This document shows positions 1 to 9,981 of a stretch of 32,508 nt of DNA, one piece after another. Under the pieces are notes generated by a model. That model was not told the origin of the DNA. It saw only the letters and a list, made by a program, of their open reading frames with translations, and did no database searches. Source of the DNA: a virus. Taxonomy: Duplodnaviria > Caudoviricetes. The number at the start of each line of letters is the position of its first letter. Positions within the stretch are counted from its first letter, which is position 1. The position numbers and the translations under genes were made by a program. Location: positions 1 through 32,508 of the IMG/VR virus record IMGVR_UViG_3300025701_000035. One strand, written 5' to 3'.

Positions 1-894
1 GTTTCCTTTATCACCTTTAGGCCCTTGAATACCTTGAATACCTTGGTTACCATTAACACCTGAAGTACCACTACTCCCGTTAGCACCATTGTTTCCTTTA
101 TCACCTTTAGGTCCTTGAATACCTTGGTTACCTATAGGTCCAATATTACCATTAACCCCAGAGGTACCGTTATCACCTTTAGGTCCTTGAATACCCTGAT
201 TACCATTGTTTCCATTTCTCCCAGAAGTACCACTACTTCCATTAGCACCATTGTTTCCATTGTTACCATTCCTTCCAGAAGTACCATTATCACCCTTAGG
301 TCCTTGAGGTCCTTCAAAACCACCCCTACCAGCACTACCAGAAGTACCATCGGATATATACCTAGTCGCTATTTTACCAGTACTTGAGTTATATACTAAG
401 TATTGTGGTAAATTATTATCGTTTGTTAAACCAGTAAGATTAACGTTACCAGTAATAGCGGCATTACCAGTCACACGTAAGCTAGTACCATCGAAAGTCA
501 AATTTTGTTCACCATTCACGGACGAAGCACTACCAGTGGCTGTAACTATTCTATTATCGGCATTATTACTTATTCTTATGGTTTCAACAGAACCAGAACT
601 ACCTTTATATTCGATAGCGTTTTTACTACTGTTAAAGTATACCGAACCAACCCTAGCGTTTGTAGGTATTGATGCTACTACTGGAACCGTAAGTTCAGAC
701 CTAACATCTACCTTACCTTTGGCTACCGACATCAATAATTGATCATCATCATCGTAAAAACCTAAAGTACCATCTTTGCTATACTTTAACTCAATATTAT
801 TTGTTGTACTACCTGAAGTGTACGAAAAGTTAAGGGTACCTGATTCGGGTACTATCTTTACCGTATTACCTGCTTTGCTTACTAAATTTCCCAT
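1..894 (-). CDS. Collagen-like (G-X-Y) tail fibre/structural protein, N-terminal part, runs off the left edge
   Basis: Not in the ORF track because there is no stop in the window. ATG at 894 reads MGNLVSKAGNTVKIVPESG...NNADNRIVTATGSASSVNGEQNLTFDGTSLRVTG...GPQGPKGDNGTSG...GIQGPKGDKGN, open to base 1; TATTTATTA motif at 908-916 upstream. Confidence 0.85.
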   Translation of the reverse strand, partial: MGNLVSKAGNTVKIVPESGTLNFSYTSGSTTNNIELKYSKDGTLGFYDDDDQLLMSVAKGKVDVRSELTVPVVASIPTNARVGSVYFNSSKNAIEYKGSSGSVETIRISNNADNRIVTATGSASSVNGEQNLTFDGTSLRVTGNAAITGNVNLTGLTNDNNLPQYLVYNSSTGKIATRYISDGTSGSAGRGGFEGPQGPKGDNGTSGRNGNNGNNGANGSSGTSGRNGNNGNQGIQGPKGDNGTSGVNGNIGPIGNQGIQGPKGDKGNNGANGSSGTSGVNGNQGIQGIQGPKGDKGN

Positions 895-925
895 TTTTAA
901 TTATATATAATAAATATTTTTCTTT

Positions 926-3900
926 TTATTTTCTAACGTACTCTAATCTTGGATTATCAACATCCTTTCTATTTGCGTGTACTATGTAGTAAGCATTAAC
1001 ATCACCACAATCACAACCAACCTTAATTTCTTTAACTGAAACTTCTTCAACATAATGTTGACAAGAACTACCAATTGACGTAAGTTGTACTGATATAGAA
1101 TCTTCGTGTACTAAACCAGACCAATAATCTGGTAATTCTATAAGACCATTAGTAACCTTACCTCTTACATACACACCATTTTCTGGGCCTTCCAGAACAG
1201 CGTATTGTAATCTGTGTTCCCCACCTTTAGTCGGGTGAACTATATCAAAGAACTTTTGGTTAGCAGTAATTATATCCAAATCAATGATACTATTAAGTCC
1301 GTTACCACTTATACCGTCAGGCTGTGCCGTAAATGGTACATCCCAACCCTTAAACTGATCACCAGTCCAAAAAACTAATTCGTCTGGATTGGATGATGCC
1401 ACATCTACCGCAATACTATCATTTAATACTATAATACCATTAGAAGCACCGACATCAATTCTTCTACTCGTATTCAAAGAACCACCACCACTTAAACCAG
1501 CACCAGCAATTACATCGACATAAGACCCGCTAGTACCTACGTTACCAGATAAACCACTAGTACCATCATTACCAGACGATCCAGCTGTACCAGAACCTCC
1601 AGATACACCAGAAGCACCACCTACACCAGCTGTACCATTCGAACCAGAAGACCCAGACGTACCAGACACTCTCGATATCCCTTTATTACCGTTATTACCT
1701 GACGTACCGTTAGAACCAGTTGAACCTGAAGACCCTGAAGCCCCACTAACTCCGTTATTACCACTATTACCAGACGTACCGTTAGTACCATTTTTACCAG
1801 ATACACCGTTATTACCATTAAGACCACTAAATCCGTTTAAACCAGTTGTTCCGTTAGTCCCATCAATACCAGATACACCGTTATTACCATTAAGACCACT
1901 AAATCCGTTTAAACCAGTTGTTCCGTTAGTTCCATCAATACCAGATACACCGTTAGCACCGTTATTACCTGATGTACCATTAGACCCCGAAGACCCAGAT
2001 GCACCACTATTTCCGCTAAACCCATTCATACCGTCCGTACCATGAGATCCAGACGAACCAGACGTACCAGACACTCTCGATATCCCTTTATTACCGTTAT
2101 TACCAGATGTACCATTAGAACCAGTTGAACCAGAGGTTCCACTTAAAGCAGAAACTCCTTTATTACCAGCCACACCATTCGTACCATTTGTACCATTAGA
2201 TCCTGAATAACCAGATAAACCACTAGCACCATTATTACCGTTAGAACCAGATGTTCCAGATGTACCAGATAACCTTGATGCACCGTTACCTCCAGTCACA
2301 CCATTCGTACCAGATGTACCAGAAGATCCAGATGAACCTGATAACCTAGACAAACCTTTATTACCGTTATTACCTGACGTACCATTAGAACCAGTTGAAC
2401 CAGAGGTTCCACTTAAAGCAGAAACTCCTTTATTACCAGCTACACCAGAAGTCCCGTTAGAACCTGATGTACCAGTTGATCCTGATAATGCTGAAGCACC
2501 GCTGTTACCAGCAACCCCGTTATTTCCATTTGTACCTGAAGAACCTGATGTTCCACTTACAGCAGACAAACCTTTATTACCGTTATTACCTGATGTACCG
2601 TTAGAACCAGTTGAACCAGAGGTTCCAGACAACCTTGATATACCGTTACCTCCAGTCACACCATTCGTACCAGACGTACCAGAAGATCCATTAGATCCCG
2701 ATAATGCTGAAGCACCACTGTTACCAGCTACACCATTATTCCCATTTGTTCCTGAAGACCCAGATGTCCCACTTACAGCAGAAACACCCTTATTACCAGC
2801 TACACCAGAGGTTCCATTAGAACCAGAAGTACCTGTTGAACCCGATAGTGCTGATGCACCACTGTTACCAGCAACCCCGTTATTTCCATTTGTACCTGAA
2901 GAACCTGATGTTCCACTTACAGCAGACAAACCTTTATTACCGTTATTACCTGATGTACCGTTAGACCCAGTTGAACCAGAGGTTCCACTTAGAGCAGAAA
3001 CTCCTTTATTACCATTATTACCATTAGTACCGTTAGAACCAGAGGTTCCAGATAAACCACTATTACCATTACCACCGTTATTCCCGTTTGTTCCTGAAGA
3101 ACCGTTTGAACCAGATAGTGCTGAAGCACCACTGTTACCAGCAATACCTGCTGTACCATTTGTACCAGAAGATCCATTAGATCCTGATAGTGCTGAAGCA
3201 CCGCTGTTACCAGCTATACCATTATTTCCGTTTGTACCCGAAGAACCAGAGGTTCCACTTAGAGCAGAAACTCCTTTATTACCAGCTACACCAGAAGTTC
3301 CGTTAGAACCAGATGTACCAGTTGAACCAGATAGTGCTGAAGCACCACTATTACCAGCTACACCATCATTTCCATTTGTACCCGAAGAACCTGATGTACC
3401 AGATAGTGCTGAAACACCTTTGATTCCATTATTACCTGACGTACCATTAGACCCAGTTGAACCAGAGGTTCCACTTAGAGCTGAAGCACCACTATTACCA
3501 GCTATACCTACTGTACCATTTGTACCTGAAGATCCGTTTGAACCCGATAGTGCTGAAGCACCGCTGTTACCAGCGACTCCATTATTCCCATTTGTCCCTG
3601 AAGATCCAGACGTCCCGCTTAAAGCGGATACACCTTTATTACCAGCTACACCAGAAGTTCCGTTTGAACCAGATGTACCAGTCGACCCTGATAGTGCTGA
3701 AGCGCCGCTGTTACCAGCAATCCCGTTATTTCCGTTTGTACCCGAAGATCCGTTTGAACCCGATAGTGCTGAAGCACCGCTGTTACCAGCGACACCAACG
3801 GTACCATTTGTACCAGAAGATCCATTAGACCCTGATAGCGCTGAAGCACCGCTGTTACCAGCTACTCCGTTATTTCCGTTTGTTCCTGAAGACCCAGAGG

Positions 3901-4552
3901 TTCCGCTTACAGCAGAAACTCCTTTATTACCAGCTACACCAGAAGTCCCATTAGAACCTGATGTACCAGTTGATCCTGATAGTGCTGAAGCACCGCTGTT
4001 ACCAGCAACTCCATTATTTCCGTTTGTACCTGATGTACCATTAGAACCAGATAATGCACTTAAACCACTATTACCAGCAATACCGTCATCACCATTTGTC
4101 CCTGAAGAACCAGATGTACCACTTAAAGCGGATACGCCACTATCACCATTTAGACCAGAAGTTCCGTTAGAACCAGAAGATCCTGAAGATCCCGAAACAC
4201 CACTCTGACCAGAAGATCCAGCTGTCCCACTAGTACCAGAAACTATTTCAGAAAACTGAAACTCACCAGTATTATTGTTGTATGAAACGAAATGTGTAGG
4301 ATTTACGTCTTCTGTTAAACTAGAAACACTAAGGGTATCTAAAGAGACATCCTTAGTGTTTTCAAATTCACTAGTCACACTATTATAAGCTAGTAAATCC
4401 CCATTTTGAGGATTTAATAGTACGATATCGTTAAGATCCCCTATACCGAGGTCTTCAATTACCGTTTTAATATTTTCGAAGTTAGTATCTAACTCTGTAT
4501 ACGAGAGCGCTCGACCTAAATCATTTCTAAGGTATATTGTTACTGTAGCCAT
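926..4552 (-). CDS. Gly/Ser/Asn-rich G-X-X repeat tail fibre-like protein (1208 aa)
   Basis: N-terminal LRxxLGRALSYTELDTNF anchor-like motif; ~900 aa of GTSGSSGTNGNNG repeats; C-terminal KFFDIVHP...LEGPENGVYVRG...IELPDYW domain, which I recognise from phage fibre C-termini. Confidence 0.85.
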   Translation of the reverse strand: MATVTIYLRNDLGRALSYTELDTNFENIKTVIEDLGIGDLNDIVLLNPQNGDLLAYNSVTSEFENTKDVSLDTLSVSSLTEDVNPTHFVSYNNNTGEFQFSEIVSGTSGTAGSSGQSGVSGSSGSSGSNGTSGLNGDSGVSALSGTSGSSGTNGDDGIAGNSGLSALSGSNGTSGTNGNNGVAGNSGASALSGSTGTSGSNGTSGVAGNKGVSAVSGTSGSSGTNGNNGVAGNSGASALSGSNGSSGTNGTVGVAGNSGASALSGSNGSSGTNGNNGIAGNSGASALSGSTGTSGSNGTSGVAGNKGVSALSGTSGSSGTNGNNGVAGNSGASALSGSNGSSGTNGTVGIAGNSGASALSGTSGSTGSNGTSGNNGIKGVSALSGTSGSSGTNGNDGVAGNSGASALSGSTGTSGSNGTSGVAGNKGVSALSGTSGSSGTNGNNGIAGNSGASALSGSNGSSGTNGTAGIAGNSGASALSGSNGSSGTNGNNGGNGNSGLSGTSGSNGTNGNNGNKGVSALSGTSGSTGSNGTSGNNGNKGLSAVSGTSGSSGTNGNNGVAGNSGASALSGSTGTSGSNGTSGVAGNKGVSAVSGTSGSSGTNGNNGVAGNSGASALSGSNGSSGTSGTNGVTGGNGISRLSGTSGSTGSNGTSGNNGNKGLSAVSGTSGSSGTNGNNGVAGNSGASALSGSTGTSGSNGTSGVAGNKGVSALSGTSGSTGSNGTSGNNGNKGLSRLSGSSGSSGTSGTNGVTGGNGASRLSGTSGTSGSNGNNGASGLSGYSGSNGTNGTNGVAGNKGVSALSGTSGSTGSNGTSGNNGNKGISRVSGTSGSSGSHGTDGMNGFSGNSGASGSSGSNGTSGNNGANGVSGIDGTNGTTGLNGFSGLNGNNGVSGIDGTNGTTGLNGFSGLNGNNGVSGKNGTNGTSGNSGNNGVSGASGSSGSTGSNGTSGNNGNKGISRVSGTSGSSGSNGTAGVGGASGVSGGSGTAGSSGNDGTSGLSGNVGTSGSYVDVIAGAGLSGGGSLNTSRRIDVGASNGIIVLNDSIAVDVASSNPDELVFWTGDQFKGWDVPFTAQPDGISGNGLNSIIDLDIITANQKFFDIVHPTKGGEHRLQYAVLEGPENGVYVRGKVTNGLIELPDYWSGLVHEDSISVQLTSIGSSCQHYVEEVSVKEIKVGCDCGDVNAYYIVHANRKDVDNPRLEYVRK
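1530..4240 (-). repeat. Coding tandem repeat region (nested repeats of 9-nt G-X-X triplets, with longer duplicated blocks)
   Basis: Recurrent blocks such as GNSGASALSG and GNKGVSALSG; near-exact 72-nt duplication around 1798-1950. Confidence 0.9.
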
Positions 4553-4576
4553 TTATTTATGTAATTTTAGTACACA

Positions 4577-4584
4577 TATAAATA
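4577..4584 (-). promoter_or_regulatory. TATTTATA putative phage late promoter (one of 13 sites)
   Basis: 24 nt upstream of the fibre gene ATG on the coding strand. Confidence 0.65.
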
Positions 4585-4615
4585 GTACGCAACTGCGTTA
4601 AGTTTTAGTTTTTAC

Positions 4616-7090
4616 TTAAAATTTTTCTACCTTAAGAGTTACTTTCGGTCTACCCAAACTAACATTCATAGTTATAGATATAGAACCAGACTTAGGTAAT
4701 CTTTTATTTAACATCTCATCTGATATAGGGTCCTCTATATACTTGCGTATCGTCCTATTTATTTCTCTAGCACCATAAATCTTATCATACCCTTCATTTA
4801 AAATGAATAACTTAGTTTTTTTATCGACTCTAAGCTTAAAACCATTTTCTGATAACCTTTTAGCTAAATTCTTAATTTGTATATCAATAATCTTAGTTAT
4901 ATCATCTTCACTTAAATAATTAAAATGTATTATCTCATCTAAACGGTTAATAAATTCTGGTTTAAAAGTACGCTTCATGTTCTTATCGATTATACTCTTA
5001 ATATTCTCTAAATCATCTGTTTTAGAAGAAGAATCACTAAACCCCATTTTCGTACCGAAATCCTGAACCTCTTTCAATCCTATATTGGAAGTCATTATGA
5101 TTAACGTATTTTTGAAGTTAATCTTTCTACCATTAGCATCAGTAAGAAAACCCTCGTCCAGTAATTGCAACATAACATTGAAAATATCTGGGTGAGCTTT
5201 CTCTATCTCATCAAAAAGTATTAGGGAGTAAGGTTTATTCTTAACTTTCTCAGTTAACTGACCACCCTCGTTATAACCAACGTATCCAGGAGGGGCACCT
5301 ATAATCTTACTTATATTAAACTTTTCTGAATATTCAGACATATCCAATCTTATTATAGAATCAGAAGAACCAAAAACACTTTCAGCTAAAGACTTAGCTA
5401 ATTCGGTTTTACCAACCCCAGTAGGTCCAATAAAAAGGAAAGAACCTATCGGTTTAGATTGTTCTCTAAAACCAGTTTTATTTCTTTTTATAGAGGACAC
5501 AACCTTTTCGATAGCCTCACTTTGACCAATAACTGAACCAGACAAAGTATCACTCATTTTAAGTAGTTTATTTATATCAGATTCGGTTACCCTACTAACA
5601 GGTATACCAGTCATCATAGAAACAACATTAGAAATCATTTCTGGTTTGATAACCACCCTAGATTCATTAATACTCAATCTCCAAGAAACATTAGCTTCTT
5701 CTAACTTAACTAATAATTTCTTCTCTTTATCCCTTAAACCAGCAGCTTTTTCAAAGTTCTGTGATTTAACCACACTAGACTTCTCATCTCTTATCTCCTT
5801 TATAGCTAATTCTAGATCTTTAATTTCTTTTGGTGTTTTAGTTGATACCTGAGCCCTAGAACCAACCTCATCCATAATATCGATAGCTTTATCAGGGAAC
5901 TCTCTGTTGGTTATATACCTATCAGCTAGATTTACAATTTCATCTATAGATTCATCTAAATACTCAACCTTATGGTAATCCTCGTACTTATTTTTTATAT
6001 TTTTAAGTATCTCTTTAGTTTCCTCCAAAGAAGTTGGGTTAACCATAACTTTTTGGAATCTTCTATCTAAAGCACCATCCTTTTCGATATGTTCTCTGTA
6101 TTCGTCTATAGTAGTAGCACCTATACATTGTATTTCACCCCTAGCCATAGCTGGTTTAAATACGTTAGCAGCATCTAAAGATCCAGATGAATTACCAGCA
6201 CCGACTATGGTATGAATCTCATCTATAAATAAAATAACATCAGTATTCTCCTTAACCTCATCTATTACCGATTTAATTCTCTCCTCAAATTGACCTCTAT
6301 ACTTGGTACCCGCAACTAAAGAAGTCATATCTAATGTTACAACTCGTTTACCGATCAAAGTCCTAGGACATTCACCATTAGCTATCTTAATAGCTAAACC
6401 CTCAGCTATAGCAGTCTTACCCACACCTGGGTCCCCTATCAATATAGGGTTATTCTTCTTCCTTCTACTTAATATTTGACAAACCCTGTCAACCTCATGA
6501 GATCTACCTATAACTGGGTCTAATACATCCTCTAAAGCTAATTTGGTTAAGTCTCTACCAAAACCATCTAACATAGGTGTTTTACTTTTAGAGTTTTCAT
6601 TAGTCTTCCTTCTAATTCTAGGTGACTCATCTTCGTTCGGTGTTATATTCATATTTGTTTTATTTGTTAATTGTTTTATTTTTCTATATACAAATGTTTT
6701 TGTTAGACCAAAATCTTTAAACAACTTAACGAAAGCAGAATCTACTTCCATTGAGATCTTAAAAAAAGTTTCTACTGTCACGTACTCTTCAGTCTTTTTC
6801 TTCAAAACACTATTTCTTATTACATCGTGTAACTCAGTTTCAAATGGTAATATGGTACTAGAACCATCAGCTAGACCATCTGACGTTCTTTTTATTAGGT
6901 TATACATGTCATCTATAAGTAAGTCGAAATCAGTTACCTTATTTTTAACTATTTCTCTAACCATATTATCTGTAACTAGTATACCGTAAACAACATGTTG
7001 TAATCTAAGTAATGAGTCATCATATTTTAACGCTAAAGACTGCCCTTTTGTAAAAGCCACCCTAAGTTCGTTAGTCATTCTTTCCTTCAT
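4616..7090 (-). CDS. clpC: ClpC-type AAA+ chaperone/protease ATPase subunit
   Basis: Two Walker A motifs (GDPGVGKT, GPTGVGKT), Walker B FIDEIH and FDEIEKAH, UVR-like middle domain (QNFEKAAGLRDKE), MGF ClpP-docking loop. Start moved to ATG 7090 (MKERMT) because a host-type promoter lies at 7109-7139. Confidence 0.92.
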   Translation of the reverse strand: MKERMTNELRVAFTKGQSLALKYDDSLLRLQHVVYGILVTDNMVREIVKNKVTDFDLLIDDMYNLIKRTSDGLADGSSTILPFETELHDVIRNSVLKKKTEEYVTVETFFKISMEVDSAFVKLFKDFGLTKTFVYRKIKQLTNKTNMNITPNEDESPRIRRKTNENSKSKTPMLDGFGRDLTKLALEDVLDPVIGRSHEVDRVCQILSRRKKNNPILIGDPGVGKTAIAEGLAIKIANGECPRTLIGKRVVTLDMTSLVAGTKYRGQFEERIKSVIDEVKENTDVILFIDEIHTIVGAGNSSGSLDAANVFKPAMARGEIQCIGATTIDEYREHIEKDGALDRRFQKVMVNPTSLEETKEILKNIKNKYEDYHKVEYLDESIDEIVNLADRYITNREFPDKAIDIMDEVGSRAQVSTKTPKEIKDLELAIKEIRDEKSSVVKSQNFEKAAGLRDKEKKLLVKLEEANVSWRLSINESRVVIKPEMISNVVSMMTGIPVSRVTESDINKLLKMSDTLSGSVIGQSEAIEKVVSSIKRNKTGFREQSKPIGSFLFIGPTGVGKTELAKSLAESVFGSSDSIIRLDMSEYSEKFNISKIIGAPPGYVGYNEGGQLTEKVKNKPYSLILFDEIEKAHPDIFNVMLQLLDEGFLTDANGRKINFKNTLIIMTSNIGLKEVQDFGTKMGFSDSSSKTDDLENIKSIIDKNMKRTFKPEFINRLDEIIHFNYLSEDDITKIIDIQIKNLAKRLSENGFKLRVDKKTKLFILNEGYDKIYGAREINRTIRKYIEDPISDEMLNKRLPKSGSISITMNVSLGRPKVTLKVEKF

Positions 7091-7108
7091 ATTATAATTT
7101 GTTTTAAA

Positions 7109-7139
7109 CAAAGATAGCATTATACTTTACAATATCAAA
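7109..7139 (-). promoter_or_regulatory. Bacteroidota-type sigma-A promoter for clpC
   Basis: Minus strand TTTG(7139-7136)-N19-TATCTTTG(7116-7109), matching the -33/-7 consensus TTTG / TAnnTTTG. Confidence 0.7.
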
Positions 7140-7173
7140 AATTATTCTACCTTTTATTCAAATATAAATATAC

Positions 7174-7410
7174 ATGGAAAAGATTACAATCTATTTTAGA
7201 AGTGGTGATGTTAAGGAATATACTGGTAAATTAACCAGTACTAGTCTGACTGGTAACAACTTAATGGTCACAGAAAAAGAGACAACAAAAACTGAAGAAG
7301 GTGATTTGTTGGTTACAACAACTAAATTATATAGTCTAGACACTATAGACCGTCTAGTTAAAATAACGCCTACTAGAACATTTGAATATACATATGCCAG
7401 TGACAAGTAA
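7174..7410 (+). CDS. Small hypothetical protein (78 aa)
   Basis: ATG ORF with A-rich leader, overlapping the next gene. Confidence 0.7.
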   Translation: MEKITIYFRSGDVKEYTGKLTSTSLTGNNLMVTEKETTKTEEGDLLVTTTKLYSLDTIDRLVKITPTRTFEYTYASDK

Positions 7411-7636
7411 AGAGTATTTAGGTGAAAACATAGTAGCCAAGTACGAGAGTTCGAACATACAACAAGGGACATACAATATCCCATCTAAAAAATTGATAGT
7501 GGTATTTAAGAGTGGCGCCTCATATGAATATGATGATGTACCTCACGATGTATTCGCTGAATTAAACCTATCCGAAAGTCAAGGTAAGTACTTTAATACT
7601 AAAATATCTAAAAACTATACTTACAGAAAGCTATAA
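7394..7636 (+). CDS. KTSC domain protein
   Basis: SSNI...Y...KKLIVVFKSGASYEYDDVP...F...SESQGKYFN is the KTSC pattern; ATG at 7394 preferred over TTG 7382. Confidence 0.88.
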   Translation: MPVTSKEYLGENIVAKYESSNIQQGTYNIPSKKLIVVFKSGASYEYDDVPHDVFAELNLSESQGKYFNTKISKNYTYRKL

Positions 7637-7637
7637 C

Positions 7638-8105
7638 ATGGAATTTAAGATATCTAATGACTCTAGTGTGCAGATAACCCTAAATGAGGTTGTAAAAGTA
7701 GCTGTAAATGGTGACTATGGTTACCGAGTAGAGTGGTTTTACGATAACGAATTTCTAGGTGATATGTATTTAAACGGAGGTACCTGGGGAAGTATGTTGA
7801 TGCCAGAGATAGGCGATTGGGTGATAAAATTATATTCTGAAAACAATGAATTAGTTAAAACCTATAACTTTGAGTTAGATAATAGTGATTTATTGGTAAT
7901 TTTCGATAATGATGGTAATAGTGACGAAGAATTCTACACGCGCATTAAAGAATACGCTTTAGGTTTAACCAATGATTTAAATGTGAATCTACACGTATAC
8001 TTTAAAGGATCTGAATTATGTGATTTTTATGATACCAATATAAAACCATTAAGATTGAATGATAAAATAAGTAAGTTTGATATGATATACAATAAAGTTA
8101 TATAA
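7638..8105 (+). CDS. Hypothetical protein (155 aa)
   Basis: Tightly packed ATG ORF in the operon; weak resemblance to N-terminal parts of phage glycosyltransferase-like proteins (unverified). Confidence 0.7.
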   Translation: MEFKISNDSSVQITLNEVVKVAVNGDYGYRVEWFYDNEFLGDMYLNGGTWGSMLMPEIGDWVIKLYSENNELVKTYNFELDNSDLLVIFDNDGNSDEEFYTRIKEYALGLTNDLNVNLHVYFKGSELCDFYDTNIKPLRLNDKISKFDMIYNKVI

Positions 8106-8767
8106 TGGATAATCTAGTTAAAATATACGAAAAAACTTTATCTAAAGAGGTGTGTGATTTTATAATCAATGAGTTTGAAACATCTAGTGAACAAAGTGAA
8201 GGTATAAGTGGTGCTGGTGTTAATAAATCAGTTAAATCATCTACAGACCTTATGATACACTTAAACCTAGATAACGATAATTGGTTATACATATACGACT
8301 ATCTGAGAGAAAATTTATTGTCTAATCTAGTTGATTACATCACACAAAACCCATTCATGACCATAAACGGTGATTTTAAATCTAAATCTTCTGCGGTTAT
8401 GAGTGCACAATCCTGTTATGTAGCAGGTAATAATGGTGTACCACATATGCAAATGCAAAGATATATAGATGATCAAGGGTACTATGCTTGGCATCACGAG
8501 AACGAAGGAGGGTCAACCTCCAAAAGAGAATTATTCTTTATATATTACCTTAACGATGTTGAGGGTGGTGAAACTGAATTTAAATTCAATCAACAAAAAG
8601 TTAAACCAGAAACTGGTAAATTAATTATGGCACCAGCCCTATGGACACATAAACATAGAGGTAACCCACCATTAAAAGGTCAAACTAAATACATTATCAC
8701 TGGTTGGATAGAAAAAACAGATGACCATCAGATAGCTCAAGAATTTGCTGATGATTATCTAATATAA
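8105..8767 (+). CDS. 2OG-Fe(II) oxygenase (prolyl-hydroxylase-like)
   Basis: WHHE...YYLNDVEGGETEF...KPETGKLIMAP...WTHKHRG...KYIITGW motifs. Confidence 0.9.
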   Translation: MDNLVKIYEKTLSKEVCDFIINEFETSSEQSEGISGAGVNKSVKSSTDLMIHLNLDNDNWLYIYDYLRENLLSNLVDYITQNPFMTINGDFKSKSSAVMSAQSCYVAGNNGVPHMQMQRYIDDQGYYAWHHENEGGSTSKRELFFIYYLNDVEGGETEFKFNQQKVKPETGKLIMAPALWTHKHRGNPPLKGQTKYIITGWIEKTDDHQIAQEFADDYLI

Positions 8768-8803
8768 AAGGTTTTTTTATTAAAATACGTGTATTTATTA
8801 CAT

Positions 8804-9550
8804 ATGGATGGTATTATAAAAAGTTTTAATGTGAACGACAGTTTAGCTCAAGATATTTGGGTTAACCATGATTCCGATAATTTTAAAGAAGTTAAATTAG
8901 ATAAAGATATCAGAGATAGATTAATATCTATAACTAAAGACTTTATGGATAGTATGGGTATAGAAACTGTTGTGGTTGAAGATATCATTATAGTAGGTAG
9001 TATAGCTAATTATAACTGGTCTAAGTATTCAGATATCGACTTACACGTAGTTATAGATAAAGAAAAAGTAACAGATGACACCTTATTAGCTGATGAATTT
9101 TTTACTGCTAAAAAAGAGTTATACAACATAAAACACGATATAAGTATAAAAGAGTTTGACGTTGAGTTATACGCACAAGACATCAAGGAGACAGTAGATT
9201 CAGATGGTATATACAGTGTATTATACAACAAATGGATTAAAACTCCCACCAAAGATAAAGGTGAGGGTGTTATAGATAAAAAGGGTATAATAAAAAAAGT
9301 TAAAGATTTCGATAAAAAATTAACTAATATAATTAAAGAAACAGACCCAGAAGCTAAGATATTAAAAATAGATAAATTAAAAGCTAAGATAAGAGCCTAC
9401 AGAAAAAGTGGTTTAACCAAGGGTGGTGAGTATAGTACAGAGAACTTAGTATTCAAATATCTTAGAAGATCTAAGTACCTAGAACAGTTAAGGGATTTAG
9501 GGATAGACATTAAAGATGAGCTATTATCATTAGAAAATGAAGTATATTGA
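8804..9550 (+). CDS. Pol-beta superfamily nucleotidyltransferase
   Basis: GS...SDIDLHV catalytic signature plus a third acidic residue (DVELYAQD); ATG at 8804 directly after TATTTATTA. Confidence 0.8.
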   Translation: MDGIIKSFNVNDSLAQDIWVNHDSDNFKEVKLDKDIRDRLISITKDFMDSMGIETVVVEDIIIVGSIANYNWSKYSDIDLHVVIDKEKVTDDTLLADEFFTAKKELYNIKHDISIKEFDVELYAQDIKETVDSDGIYSVLYNKWIKTPTKDKGEGVIDKKGIIKKVKDFDKKLTNIIKETDPEAKILKIDKLKAKIRAYRKSGLTKGGEYSTENLVFKYLRRSKYLEQLRDLGIDIKDELLSLENEVY

Positions 9551-9570
9551 TTTTTTTAATAAAAGGCTTA

Positions 9571-9578
9571 TATTTATA
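9571..9578 (+). promoter_or_regulatory. TATTTATA putative late promoter
   Basis: Upstream of 9613 on the coding strand. Confidence 0.65.
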
Positions 9579-9612
9579 AGAAGAATAACACTTATTTAAT
9601 AAATAGAAAATT

Positions 9613-9981
9613 ATGAGACCAGTAGGTTCAGAGAAAATAGTAAACCCAGACGAAAAATTGTTAAGAATTTTAGAGATTGCTGGTATAAATAAAGACAGTA
9701 TGAATGAAAATGTATCTAAAACTGGTACACCATCAGATGTCTTACACGAAGCATTAGCCTCTGACGGTACCGAATATGGTATTGTACAGGAAGAAAAACA
9801 TGTTTACATAAAGGTTAAAAAAGAATCTGGTTACGAATATATTAGTGGTGTTCAAAACATACACGAACATTCTTACAGATCATACGCAGAAGCACTTAAG
9901 CATTTAAATATGATGTTTAAACAAATCAACGAAAATGTTGGTCATTCTGAAAATATAGATGTTTTAAAAAAAAAAGTCTAA
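9613..9981 (+). CDS. Hypothetical virion/head-associated protein, N-terminal part (probably continues via -1 frameshift or indel)
   Basis: Ends in TTA AAA AAA AAA GTC TAA; the -1 frame is open from 9975 to 10556. Confidence 0.75.
   Translation: MRPVGSEKIVNPDEKLLRILEIAGINKDSMNENVSKTGTPSDVLHEALASDGTEYGIVQEEKHVYIKVKKESGYEYISGVQNIHEHSYRSYAEALKHLNMMFKQINENVGHSENIDVLKKKV

Noticed and set aside
115-4208. Plus-strand and alternative-frame ORFs (115-387, 132-350, 536-742, 1621-1827, 2989-3201, 3420-4208, 3457-3828, 3646-3849)
   Set aside because: Shadow ORFs produced by the stop-poor antisense or alternative frames of Gly-rich repeats.
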